Shown here piece by piece: positions 18,941 through 31,044 of a stretch of DNA of 32,000 nt; within the stretch, counting starts at the first letter, position 1; each line of letters begins with the position of its first letter. This DNA comes from Wallemia ichthyophaga EXF-994 (lineage: Eukaryota; Fungi; Basidiomycota). The notes below the pieces were generated by a model, which made no database searches, was not told the DNA's origin, and was given only the letters and a program-made list of their open reading frames with translations. The DNA lies in assembly GCF_000400465.1 (NCBI RefSeq), contig NW_008806277.1:480001-512000 (forward strand). The letters run 5' to 3'. The translations under genes were made by a program, and so were the position numbers.

Positions 18941-20814
18941 ATGAGCGAGGCAGCCAAAGAAGGAAGCGTAGAGAAGATAGCTACCTACAGCACACGCACA
19001 GACAAACGCAAACGTAAACGTGCTTCTCTGTCTAGCGAATACGAGGCTGCGTCTGCTGGTACAGACGGCAAGCCCATGCCCGTGTCCATCCCTGCGGTGT
19101 CGAGTGCAGTTTCGAGTGCGCAAGTAGCGAGAGAATGGTGAGTGTGGTGTGCTTTACAAGCTGAAGCCGGAGCTGGAGCTGACAATTAGGCTGACAGGCT
19201 GCTTGACAACTTCGCGGAATGTGAGGGATGTGAGGATTGTAGGTGGTGTACAGCGCAGTGCACAACTCAAAACCCAATCAACACACCCCAGCTTCCGTCC
19301 CCCGCCAGCAGGTCTACGCGTCGTACACATCCTTCTGTGTCTCCCATAATACTCCACCCGCCGCCTGCAGGATTTTCGGCAAGGTGGGGGAGGTATTACG
19401 TGATTTTGTGAAAATATCTCACAATGGACGCATGACGCTTCTGGCAGATCGTACGCAAACTCTTTCCCCATGTCTTTATTAGGCGATTGGGTAGTCGAGC
19501 TGTTAGCATTTACCATTGTAGGTGGAAGTTTTACACAGCGACTAAGCGATTAGTTACTGACGCGGTAATTACACCTTGCAGACTGCGGCATCACTCACAG
19601 GTCGCCTTCTGAGCGAAAACGCATCGAGATGCTCGATTTGCAGAGGGAACGCGCTATACTTGCGTATGCAGATTCGCTGGAGGGAATTATGCAGGAGCAG
19701 AAGCAAATTCATTCTCATTCTCCCTCCCACATCTTACCGCCGCTTATCACAGATTCTGACATTATGACTGAGTACACACTGTGGCTCCATTCCTCTCACT
19801 GCGAACTGATCGTACATTCGATGCGCGTCGAGAAGCTCACAGCTATACTAGACGAGTTGGAACATTTTTGGGTCTCCGGTCGCACGAATCTCAACTGCAA
19901 CAGCTTTTACACGCTCAACACGCTCAACATCCCTAACAACCCCGCGGCAAATGCACTTTCCAGTACTTTTATTAGGGCTGAAACGAGAGCTTATCAGGTG
20001 TGTACGCGTTGACATCCCTTCAATGCTCGCTCACACGCCCTAGGATGCCGTCGCTCTCCTCCACTCCCGGCTTATATACCCTTTGTCGGCTCAGGGACTG
20101 GACACGTTCATTGATTTTATCAAGTGTCTCAAATTGATGCATCGGAACTCCAATGTGAGTTTGTCTTTGATATGAGTAAGACATTTTCAGATACCTAGAT
20201 TTACAGTGTCTTGATGATAATATGAGAGGATCTCTCGGCTACTTTATCCACCTAATGACTGGATGTGAGTGGAACAATGCGCTGATTCACCCGCTCATCC
20301 ATCCCTCTCAGACATCGAGCTGGCAAAGAGAACTGGTATAATGAACGATGTTTTCAGCGACAGCTCACTCACATCTGCCATGGCTACTACATGGTCCAAC
20401 TCCTACTCCCTCAACAGCCTTCTGTGCGGTCAATTGTGTGACTTGCAAGCCCCAACAGTACAATGCACCCCTAGTGACTGCAATAACGCATTCATAATAG
20501 CTTACTTGTACAGCTTTAGTGGAGTGCTCTCTTCGTTGCACGAAAGCCCCACCAGTTGTCTTGTCGCATTCATCGATACTCTCCTCGACAGCCTTCCCGA
20601 GAGCCTCACGTGCGTCTGTTCTTTTACTCCATCTTTTTAGCGACGCTAATACAGTGCGGAGCAGAACTCCGCTAAAGTGCTCGGTTGTTTCACAGACGCT
20701 GGCAAATTTGGTATGTGCACAATCGGTTCATTTCCATCTCACCCACCACTGCAGACATTCGACGATGACGCTTATTTACAGTATTTCACCCTTCTGAAGA
20801 TTTGGTTCAAGTGA
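18941..20814 (+). CDS. Multi-exon hypothetical protein, possibly a fungal TF middle-homology-region (Fungal_trans-like) protein
   Basis: Chain of GT-AG introns joins MSEAAK...KRKRKRASLS..., ...LPPLITDSDIMTEYTLWLH...ELEHFW..., ...GYIELAKRTGI... and ...YFTLLKIWFK*. Several junctions are uncertain and the domain resemblance is by eye only. Confidence 0.5.
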
Positions 20815-21332
20815 GTTTTTGGGTCACGTGGGGTGATCAACTTTTACCCACTACATCACAGCGAATATGTCGGAATGATCGCTTTGAGATATTTTGATGC
20901 GTAGGATTATATTTAATCTCAGCTGTTTTATTACCATGATATTTGAGACATTCATGTCGTTTTTTATAACCGTGCACGCATCCGTCTCATGACCTCACCG
21001 GGACCATCGCCGGACTGAGCACTGGCCGCGTGTTCACAAAGGCTAGGAGCTGCGTGGAGCTACATGGAGCTAGCGGGCGAGTAATCGGGTGCTCGGGTTG
21101 TACAGCCAATCGCGCTGGCACTCTCGTGGCCTTCTCACGGATACTTAATTGACACTTTCCAATCCCGATTGAACTCTGATTGATATCATCTAAGTTACGC
21201 AGGCACACTCGCCGCTAAAAAGATTAAAGTGATTACGTTGATTGATTTCTCAAGTCAGGTGGTGTTTTTTTTTCATCGCTTAAATATCCGATTCACCTTG
21301 CTTCTCTCTTTCTTTATATACAACAGTAATCA

Positions 21333-23862
21333 ATGAAACTCTCAGCCTTACTCACAACCGCCGTCGCGCTGACGGTCGTCAATGCTCGCGCTGTCGAGAC
21401 AAGAGATGACAACGACAAGATGGAAAAGATGAACAACACGAAAGAAATGGACGGTAATAACGCAGATATCTACCCAGCTCCAATGGCCAATGGAGGCAAG
21501 TCGTGGGGTGACGCCTACAAGAAAGCTTCTGATATTGTCGGCCAAATGACGGTCGAGGAGAAGACAGCAATTATCACAAGTGCGCCAGGTAGGTGTGTTG
21601 GAACGACTCAGGCAGTTGAGAGACTTGGAATACCGCGCTTATGTATGATGTCAGTAATGGTTGTCTCATCTGGTGAAAATTCTAACTTAATATATTTAGG
21701 GATGGCCCAACAGGTCCGCGTCCAGTCAAAGGTATCTCTCAATCAACTAGTGGTCAAACAGCTGCTGCAACTTGGGATAGAGATCTCATTTACCAGCGCT
21801 CTAAGGATATGGTGGGTTTGCACGAGCACCTCAACAACTCATTTCATTTTTTGCACAGGGTCAGGAGTTCTTTGATCTCGGCGTAAATGTAGCATTGGCT
21901 CCAGTCGCATCAGGCCCAATAGGGCGTAGTCCATTAGGAGGACGCAATTGGGAAGGCAGCTACCCCGACCCATACGCCAACGGACAATTCTCCCGTCTCT
22001 CAGTTCAGGGATTGCAGGATAGCCATGTCGCAGCGACTACGAAGCATTGGATAATGTACGAGCAGGAGACATTCAGACACCCATACAACACGTCCCAACC
22101 CGATAACATCTACCCGCTACTCACACAAGAACCAGTCTCATCCAACGTCGACGATTACACTACGCACATGCTTTATATGCCGCCATTCGCCGAGGCGATT
22201 AGAGCAGGAAGTGGACACGTGATGTGTGAGTTTGGTTTAAGCGTGGTGTATTCTTTCTAACGTCTTGCAGGTTCTTACAACCAAATTAATGGCACTCAAG
22301 CCTGTAACGACGCTCACTCTCAAAACCACCTCCTTAAGACGGAGCTTGGATTCCAAGGCAGTGTAATCAGTGACTGGGGTGGTGTTCACGATACCGCTGC
22401 CTCGATCAGGAGTGGCATGGATGTTTCTACACCAGGTGTTGATGATGTCGGATACAGCATGGGTACTTTCTACAAGGACCTCGACAAGTTGGTGAACAAC
22501 GGCACAGTTGCAGAGGATCGTCTTTCAGATGCTGCAATCAGATTCCTCACCCCATACTACTGGCTTGGTCAGGACAGCGAACATACCCCACCGGAAGTTA
22601 CTTTCGACGCTGCATCTGGATTAGATTTGGAGAGCGAGTACAAAAACGTCAGGAAAGAGGGTACAGCAGAGCTGATCCGCAAGATTGGCACTGATTCAAC
22701 GACGCTGCTCAAGAACACGGGCGGTCTTCCTCTCAACCGACCACAGCGTCTAGTGTTGTTGGGCTCTGACATTGGCTCAAACGTACTGGGACCAGATGGA
22801 TGCGGTGACGATCGCACGAAATGTCCAATGGGTAACTTCAACGGCACAATCTCCGTCGGCGGTGGAAGTGGATCTACCATCCCGCCATATGTCGTCTCGC
22901 CTCTCGAAGCCATCAGGGAACGCGTCGAGAAGGACGGCACGGAGATTTCGTACGCTATGAAGTATGACGAAGATCACATCAACAAAATCTCTTCGAGAGC
23001 CGATGCTACTGTTGTATTTGTCAACAACTGGGCTGAGGAAAGTAAAGATCGCCACAACATCGATCTCGATGAGGAGCAAGCCATGATTTTGGACGCGGCT
23101 GTGAAGGCGTCGTCTAACGTTATCATCGTTATGCACACACCAGGCGTTGTCAATATGGAGAAATGGGCTGATAATGACAATGTTACTGCCATTGTCGAGG
23201 CTTACTACCCTGGTCAGGAGACAGGAGATGCCGTTGTGCCGATCCTCTACGGCGAGCGCTCCCCTAGTGGCAAGTTGCCATTCACTTGGGGCAAATCATT
23301 GAGCGACTACCCACCAAACACTATCTCAACAGACGACTCCATGACACCTCAAGCTGACTTCAGCGAGGGCGTATACATCGACTACAGATGGTTCGACAAG
23401 AAGGAAATCGAACCTCGCTGGGAATTTGGTTTTGGTCTTTCTTACACTACTTTCGAATTCTCAGATATCAGCGTCGAAGAGAACTACAAGAAGGACGAGA
23501 ATGAGGTCCAGGCAACTAACGAGCCATTCGAGGGATCGGACGGCACGAATAGTCTCTATGACACGATCAAGACTGTTAAAGCGACTGTTACCAACACTGG
23601 TGATGTAGAAGGCTGCGAAGTTGTGCAGCTTTACGTAACCTTCCCTGGAGATAACATGCCGGTACGCGAATTGAGAGGTTTCGAGAAAGTAAAAGACTTG
23701 AAGAGCAATGAGAGCAAGCAGGTTGAGATGGATCTCCGCCTCAAGGACCTTTCAGTGTGGGATGTCGAGCGTCAGACTTGGGTGATGCCTTCGGGAGAGT
23801 TCAAGCTGTCCGTCGGCTCAAGCTCTCGTCAACTTCCACTTCACACTACCTGTACCAACTAA
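21333..23862 (+). CDS. Secreted glycoside hydrolase family 3 beta-glucosidase, 4 exons
   Basis: Signal peptide; RLGIPRLCMMDGP, GGRNWE, KHW, VMCSYN and SDW (nucleophile) motifs; FGFGLSYTTF and a C-terminal Fn3-like domain. Introns at 21650-21699, 21812-21858 and 22226-22270. Confidence 0.95.
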
Positions 23863-23982
23863 TATGTGTAATCAATTGAAATAAATGTACTTTGAACGTA
23901 GATTGAGCTAGGTTGAGAATTTTCATAAATTGATATGCATTATGCATTGATTGATATTGGTATACATAGCAAAGTCAAGTCG

Positions 23983-24738
23983 TTAGTATTCTTCCTGTGT
24001 GGTGAGTGCGATAAGAGCAAAGTTGATAGAATCAGGATTGAGCTTCATAAAGTGATTTTTAACCACGTTTGCAGAGTCTTTGAGGAGATCGCTGCTACTT
24101 CCATGATCGACTGGTGCAATCTTACGTCCATCGAGTTCAACAAGGCGAGTACCGTCGGTGAGCTGCGCAGGAGCGTGAACGAAAGCGACGAAATGGAGAT
24201 CAACGTCATCGTTAGCGTCAGGCACGCTACTCTGACCAGTGGAAGCGGAAGAAGCGTGAGCAGATCTAAGGAAAGACGCGTCAACGACCGACTGAGCGCG
24301 CTGATCGTTGTTTTGACCAGCAGCCTTATCGAAAAACTTGGCTAAATCCGAAAAAGGGGTTACGGTAACGGGTGAGTTTGCCATAGCGTGGAGTAAAGCC
24401 ATCGTTCCACACGCATTACCGACTTTTTGAGGAAAGAAGACGAGCGTGTCGTCGAGTTGTGATTGGCCGTGTTGAGCAATACGCTGCGATTCAGCCTCGC
24501 GGTGCTGCTCGTATTGCTTGCTGAGGGGGAAGAGAAGCAGGACGGCTTTGACTGGTTGTGGAACCATCTGCAATAACTCATCATCAAGACCGAAAACATC
24601 AACGAATTGCTCGCATTCAGCTAGACCGAGTTTGTGGGACCAGTCGTTGAAAACATCTGAGTTGGCTTCGAGTGGCACCCAATTTGAATTTACATTTGAA
24701 TTGATTTGATTGGCTGATTCGATGTTGAGTGAAGTCAT
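23983..24738 (-). CDS. YUH1: Ubiquitin C-terminal hydrolase (peptidase C12, Yuh1/UCH-L3 type)
   Basis: WVPLEAN, QKVGNACGTMALLHA (catalytic Cys), HFVAF (His) and ELDGRK (Asp). Confidence 0.92.
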   Translation of the reverse strand: MTSLNIESANQINSNVNSNWVPLEANSDVFNDWSHKLGLAECEQFVDVFGLDDELLQMVPQPVKAVLLLFPLSKQYEQHREAESQRIAQHGQSQLDDTLVFFPQKVGNACGTMALLHAMANSPVTVTPFSDLAKFFDKAAGQNNDQRAQSVVDASFLRSAHASSASTGQSSVPDANDDVDLHFVAFVHAPAQLTDGTRLVELDGRKIAPVDHGSSSDLLKDSANVVKNHFMKLNPDSINFALIALTTQEEY

Positions 24739-24832
24739 GGTTGTGTGGATCCAAGGAATATCTCTTCCACTTGAACCACCATCATGATTTAATTATTTAA
24801 ATTGTCTCGCTTTATTTCAATTGCCCATCTTG

Positions 24833-24912
24833 CTATCGTTATCTCGTTATCACATGATTCCTTATCTCGGTGGATCATTCCCGTCGTGCAGATGAGATAA
24901 GAATGCGATAAG
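24833..24912. promoter_or_regulatory. Cluster of six GATA cores upstream of the allantoicase gene
   Basis: ctatcg 24833, ttatct 24839, ttatca 24847, cttatct 24861, agataag 24895 and cgataag 24906, all within 80 bp. GATAAG is the known nitrogen-catabolite-repression element of DAL genes. Confidence 0.7.
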
Positions 24913-24931
24913 ATCTTGGTTTTAAACAGCG

Positions 24932-26649
24932 ATGAGCAAACACACAAAGTACACAGAAATCACGCAGCCATATTCCGAAGCGACCATACACCACCACAAG
25001 TTGGTTGAGGTGACTTCATCTAATCTCAACAGCCAAATACTTAGCGTTTCTGATGACTTCTTCAGCCCAGCCACTGATCTCATCAACCCTGAACCTCCAG
25101 TGTCCAAGAAGGGTCAATTCGGTCCAAATGGCGCTCTGTATGATGGCTGGGAGAGTAGGAGGCATAATCCTGCATTTGATTGGTGGGTGGAGTATTACCA
25201 AAAAAACACCTCACTAAAGCAACCAGGGTTATAATCAAACTTGGTGCTCAATCAGCCTCATTGAAGCTCCTCGATATTGACACGACCCACTTCAACGGCA
25301 ACGAGGGTCCATTTGCATCCGTGATGGCATTATTCGCTCCAAACGCCACCGAAGTATCTCATGACGACAGCCGCTGGGAAGAAGTTCTTCCCACTGTCCC
25401 ACTCGGGCCATCCCAGCCTCACCTCTTCGAACTGTGCGAATGGACGGCGCAATACACCCATATCCAATTGCGAATGATACCCGACGGCGGTATTGCCCGC
25501 TTCAGAGCATACGGAGTCCTCACCCCCGTCTGGCCCAACGACCCATCGAGCGTGCTCGACCTAGCCTCAGTCTTGGTCGGCGGCAGGGTGCTGTTCACTT
25601 CCGATCATCATTTCGGAAAGGGAGAGAACATCATTCTACCCGGCCGAGGTAAGGATATGGGTGACGGGTGGGAGACGAAACGCAGTCGCTCACCCGGACA
25701 TAGAGACTGGGTGGTCATTCAGCTAGGGTCGCCTGGATATCTGCAGTATTGCGAAGTGGATACGTGCCATTTCAAGGGTAATTTCCCAGCAGGTGTGATG
25801 TTGGAGGGGTGTTCTAGTCCTCCCAACGGTAGCGAGGTTGGTGGTGGTAGCCAGGTGTGGACTCCGTTGCTACCTGCCCCGCTCAAGGTTGGCCCTCATG
25901 CGCAGCAATTTGCTGAGATGATGGCGCAAGACACACTCTTTACCCACGTTCGCGTCACTATATTCCCAGATGGCGGTCTCAAGAGGGTGAGAGTGATGGG
26001 CAGTCGCGCAAAAGCCCCGTTTCGGGGAGTGCCTGGAGGGATTGCTCCTCCCAGCGTAAAGGGAGAGAGTAAAGAGAAGGAAGAAAAAATCCAAAGTAAA
26101 CAAATCACAGCACTCCCATTGACGCAGAATGGTTTCAGGGCATACGGGGATGTAGTCAGCAGCGAAACCGCCAACCTCCAGACAAAGAGAGTAAACGGGG
26201 GAACGGCTACTAAGCTGTGCAATGTTTCAGGCGTCGTGAATAATTACCCTGTTCAACACCCCGCCGAGCTAAACTTCTGCGTGTATAAGTGCGACCCCTA
26301 TCACACACAAGACACTGCAGGTACTCCAGGCACTCAAATTGTCAAGGCGGGATTGCTTGAAAGACACAAGTACACTTCACAGTCATTCATTCCAATGGGA
26401 GGAGGTGGTAGTCACTATCTAGTCGTCGTAGCGCTGAGTGGGGCGGATGAGAAGGCAGACATGAGCACATTGAAGGCATTCACCGCATCATCAAGTCAAG
26501 GAATTACTTATATGGCGGGTGTTTGGCACGCACCAATGATTGCGCTCGAAGCGGTGACAGATTTCTGCTGTTTGGTGCATGAGAGTGGGGAAGCGGGAGA
26601 AGATTGCGAGGAAGAGGAGTTGGAGTGTGTATATGAGATATCGGTGTAA
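24932..26649 (+). CDS. Allantoicase fused to a C-terminal ureidoglycolate lyase/hydrolase domain (Dal2-Dal3 fusion), 2 exons
   Basis: Intron 25183-25226. Two allantoicase repeats ([10 protein letters not shown]...[12 protein letters not shown]; DGWETKRSR...[12 protein letters not shown]), then [28 protein letters not shown] and [17 protein letters not shown]. Confidence 0.93.
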
Positions 26650-26891
26650 AAGTGTTTAATAAAATAATTGTTGGTCCGTGCGCTGTGCGCTGAAGGAGAT
26701 ATTGATGTTGATATTGAAGGTATGTTGAGCTGAGTGGCAGTAGAGGTGTACTGTGTGTGTATGCAGTGAGCAGCCACAATAACTCCCCGGCACATGCCAT
26801 AGCTGCAGTGAATTTTTTACTCAGACGCGTCAAACGGATTTCTGGCTTCTCTCTTTTCAAATACCGTGAAAAAGATATCAGATATCAGAGT

Positions 26892-28648
26892 ATGGAAGAT
26901 AGACGCGCAGGTGGGATTGGCAGTGCAGCGGCGTTCACACAGCTCACGGGAATCACCAGCATACAAGAACAAGGGAGCATTCCGTCAAGACGAGCTCAGA
27001 AGACGCAGGGAGGAGCAGCAAGTAGAAATCCGCAGACAGAAGAGAGAAGAGTCCGTGGCTAAGAGGCGCAACTTCAACGTCTCAAATGGTCCAGATTCTG
27101 ACGACGAGTTTGTCGCTACAGAGATCGATACAAAGGTGGGTGGATTTGGCTGGCTGCACCCAGAAACACTGGCTTATAAGTATCAGCTGGCTGAGGAGCT
27201 CCCAATCATGATTCAGAATGTTTTCTCGGATGATTACCAGGCACAGCTCGAGTCTACGCAGAGATTCAGAAAGCTGCTGTCGAAGGAACGCAATCCACCA
27301 ATCGAGAAGGTTATCGAGTGCAACGTCGTACCACGCTTCGTTGAATTCCTGTCTTCCCCACATGGCATGATTCAGGTGTGTTTTTGTTGCAGCGTATACA
27401 AACACCTAATAATCCCAACAGTTCGAAGCTGCCTGGGCACTCACAAACATTGCTTCAGGCACCTCACAACACACTCAAGTCGTTATTCAGGCTGGCGCTG
27501 TGCCTTATTTCATCCAGCTCTTGTCTTCTCCAGTTCTCGACGTCAAGGAGCAGGCCGTGTGGGCATTGGGCAATATTGCGGGTGATTCACCCAAGTGTCG
27601 TGACTACGTGTTGCAACAACAAGCTTTACCTCCTTTGTTGGGATTGCTTGGTGAAAACCACAAACTGTCGATGCTCAGAAACGCAACGTGGACACTTTCA
27701 AACTTCTGCAGAGGCAAGAACCCTCAACCAGACTGGGAGCTTATTAGCCCTGCACTGACTGTTCTCACCAAGCTTATTTACTCAATGGATGATGAGGTAC
27801 TCATCGACGCTTGCTGGGCAATCTCATACCTTTCCGATGGATCAAACGACAAGATACAGGCTGTGATAGAGTCTGGTGTGTGTAGAAGACTGGTTGATCT
27901 ACTGATGCACAACTCAACCGCTGTGCAAACACCAGCGCTGCGTTCAGTTGGTAACATAGTCACTGGTGATGATTTGCAGACTCAAGTCGTCATCGCATCC
28001 GGTTCGCTCCCCGCTCTCCTCTCCCTCCTCTCCTCACCAAAGGACGGAATTAGAAAGGAGGCTTGCTGGACGATATCCAATGTCACAGCAGGATCACCAC
28101 ATCAAATCCAATCAGTCATCGACGCTAACATTATCCCACCACTGCTTAATATCCTCCAGCACGCTGACTTCAAGACTAAGAAGGAGGCATGTTGGGCAAT
28201 ATCGAATGCCACATCGGGTGGTCTGCAGGAACCTTCTCAAATACGCTATCTGGTTCAGCAGGGGTGTATAAAGCCATTGTGTGACTTATTGAAGAGCATG
28301 GACAATAAGATTATTCAAGTAGCACTCGATGGGTTGGAGAATGTGCTCAAGGTGGGTGAGCTCGACAAGGAGTCAAACGGACCTGGAAGTGTGAACCAGT
28401 ATGCTCAATACGTTGAAGAAGCTGGTGGAATGGTTACAATCCATAACCTTCAACACCACGAGAATCTAGACATATACAAAAAATGCTTCTTCCTTATGGA
28501 CAAGTATTTCCCAGAGGACGATGACGAGGATGTGGCTGCTACGGGTATGTCAGGTACTAGTGGTCCACAGGTGGATGCACAGGGCTCTTATGCTTTCAAT
28601 GTTGAGCCTCAGGCTCCGATGGGTGGCTTCAACTTTGGCGGTAACTGA
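26892..28648 (+). CDS. SRP1: Importin alpha (karyopherin alpha), 4 exons
   Basis: IBB domain [24 protein letters not shown] and ARM repeats ([36 protein letters not shown]). Introns at 26911-26959, 27136-27186 and 27376-27421. Confidence 0.97.
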
Positions 28649-28726
28649 GTGCTGTGATGATGATAAATTTCATTTGATTTGATTAATATGCATGATTTGG
28701 TATGATTCTTGTCTTTGGCCGTGTAT

Positions 28727-29573
28727 ATGGCGAACGCGCAAGTACACGCGTTAGGATGGTTGGTGCAAATAAAGGAGGAAAGTGAGCGTGTTCGGGTGAG
28801 TACAGAGTGGTGTATGTTGTGCGTGCACGCTAACACGGCTCCTAGAAGCGACTGGGGCGGAATGCGAGTGTGGTGCAGCAGGATAAGAAGCGGTTGGTGG
28901 GAGTGGGAATAGATACAGATATGGACATGGACATGTCACCACACACACACCTACACACAGACAGATACACAGACATATACACCAACACGCCGCTCACTCC
29001 ACTAGCACAGGCACGCGACAAGCATCTTGCAGCCACGACAGCGCGCCCATTCCACGCGGCAGACACACGCAAGCTCGTCCAGCTCGTGCGTCTCGAAGGC
29101 GGGCTAGCGCTGAGTCTGAACGCGGGAAATAGTCCGAGTCTAAATGCACCCGAGATTGACGCGCGCATTCACCACTCACACGTCGACTGGCTCAGAGTGG
29201 CAGAAGGGGTGAGTGGCTAACTAATCATATAATGCGTAATGCCTGACGCGCACTGCTTGCTGACTCCCAGTTCAACCTTAACAGATCTCCGATCGAGTGC
29301 TGGATCCGCTGGGTAAATGTGGATAACCCCCGGCTGGATAACGGCGCCTTGAGCGGTGCGGATGTCGATAGGCTGCGCGGGTGCTACGAGAGGCAGAAAC
29401 GTACACACAGTACACAAATCCCGCTCCACAGCTACACCTTCTGGTCTGCTGTCGCCGATGACTTCTCCTCCCCACTCTCCCAACGTTCCCCCCACTTCTG
29501 CATGAAACAGATGGGTATCCTTTTCGCAGCGCATATACAGGACAATACTAGACGCAGGAAACGTCGGCGTTAA
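28727..29573 (+). CDS. Short Myb-repeat protein (~206 aa) resembling the N-terminal Myb region of SNAPC4/SNAP190
   Basis: Exons 28727-28795, 28846-28896, 29011-29208 and 29271-29573. Spliced product contains RPFHAADTRKLVQLV...VDWLRVAEGFNLNRSPIECWIRWVNVDNPRLDNG...FWSAVADDF...QRSPHFCMKQ. Confidence 0.7.
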
Positions 29574-29684
29574 ATATCTCAACGGTGAAAAGAGCGGTTA
29601 GAACGGTGCGATGGTACGGGCTACTTGTACAAATTGTCATGCTATAATGTGAGATCATAATCCAATAATACTATTATGCCCTCA

Positions 29685-30990
29685 TCACACCTGCCGTATG
29701 TCATACTTGGAGACATCTATTTTCTCATGTGCGGTGCGATCCACAAAGACGCGTCTGGCCTCGGCATAGAGCAACTCGGTGAGGACCAACCCATTGCTAA
29801 AAGTCCAGAGAAGTGTGCTAGCGTAGTAGAAATTGGCATTTCCCGTGACGACGCGCAGCCAGAGGTATCTGAACAGGGGCAGCAGGCCTGCCGCAGTGGC
29901 GGTGAGCGCGACGACGAAGACGGGGTGGCGGGCGTCTGAGAGTGGGGTGTTGAGTAAGACGCAAATAGAACTAGAAACACAGAAGCACCAACTCACGTTG
30001 AAAGAGGTCGCTGAAGAGCGGAAGCAACGTGACAAATACCCCCACATCCCCGATACACGGATATGACTTGAAGATGGCGAGAGTGCCGGCAAGGAAGGTG
30101 TAAGCGAGCAGAGGTCTGTGGCTGTGTTGTGTGTTGGGTGTGCAGTAATTTGTCAGTGTTACTCTGTTCTGACATCTCAGACACCGACTCACCTCAGAAA
30201 AATACACACGGGCAGTACATACACCACAGTATGCAGCTGCAGGACCAGCGTGAAGAACCCCTTGAATTGCTCAAACATTTCCACAAGCAGGTACCAGAAG
30301 ACACCCGTGTTAGGTGTAAGGTCGTCGACACGTACGAGTGAGGTGTAAAGCGAGAGGAACGTCCAGTCAGCGGCGATGTAGCGACTGAGCGAGACAGCAG
30401 CGGTGGTCGTAGCGAGGAAGATCGAGAGCAGCCGTGCGGTACCAAGCACACACTCACGCCTCAGCAATACCATTATGAGGGGAGGCAGGAGAGCAGCGGG
30501 GTACATGAACAATGCACCCGCAAGCGAGAGGAAAGTTAGTGCCGGTAGTGCTCTGCCACGGTGAGCCAGCGAGACAGCACAAAGAACGAGCGCATTCTGC
30601 AGCGAGACGGAGGAGCGGGCAACTGTGGTGAGCAGCGTGAGCGGGTTGTGCATGTACACCGCCGCACATGGCCTCGACAGTTTCGAAACGGCATATGCAG
30701 TGGTTGCGTCGAGCGATATCCAGAAGAGCGGATGGTCGAGGTGGTGCAGGAGAGCGAGGAGAAGCGGCGAGTGCTTCTCGTAGCTCCCAATGGCCAGCGC
30801 CTCCTTGACTATTGGTTGTCAGAAGGATACTGCGTCATCACAACACACACCAACCTCCGACGATTGAAGTGAAGGGCGTAGACAGCTCCAAGCGGAACTC
30901 CAGCAGCGATGGCAGAGAAGTAGCGTAGAAGAGAAACAACCGCAGAGCAACGCCAGCAGCTATATGCAGCGAGAGTGAGGGTGGCATCAT
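29685..30990 (-). CDS. GAB1: GPI transamidase subunit PIG-U (Gab1), 4 exons
   Basis: ELSTPFTS, YMHNPLTLL, DLTPNTGVFWYLLVEMFEQF, IFKSYPCIGD and LWLRVVTGNANFYYA motifs, with multiple TM helices. Three GT-AG introns near 30810-30854, 30120-30190 and 29940-30000. Confidence 0.92.
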
Positions 30991-31044
30991 GGTTCAGAAA
31001 TAGAAATACAAGTCGGGTGTGCAGTACAAAACAAATAAATCACG

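Noticed and set aside
19048-19119. Out-of-frame Cys-rich peptide CVCWYRRQAHARVHPCGVECSFEC as a hidden Zn2Cys6 motif
   Set aside because: Cysteine spacing does not fit C-x2-C-x6-C, and no plausible splice links it to the main frame.
19460-19690. RNase III-like hints (LLGDWVVEL … ADSLEG)
   Set aside because: Spacing is too short and the signature residues are incomplete.
20980-21220. GC-rich intergenic stretch as a possible snRNA or SRP RNA
   Set aside because: No U1, U2, U4, U5, U6, SRP or C/D box motifs found by eye on either strand.
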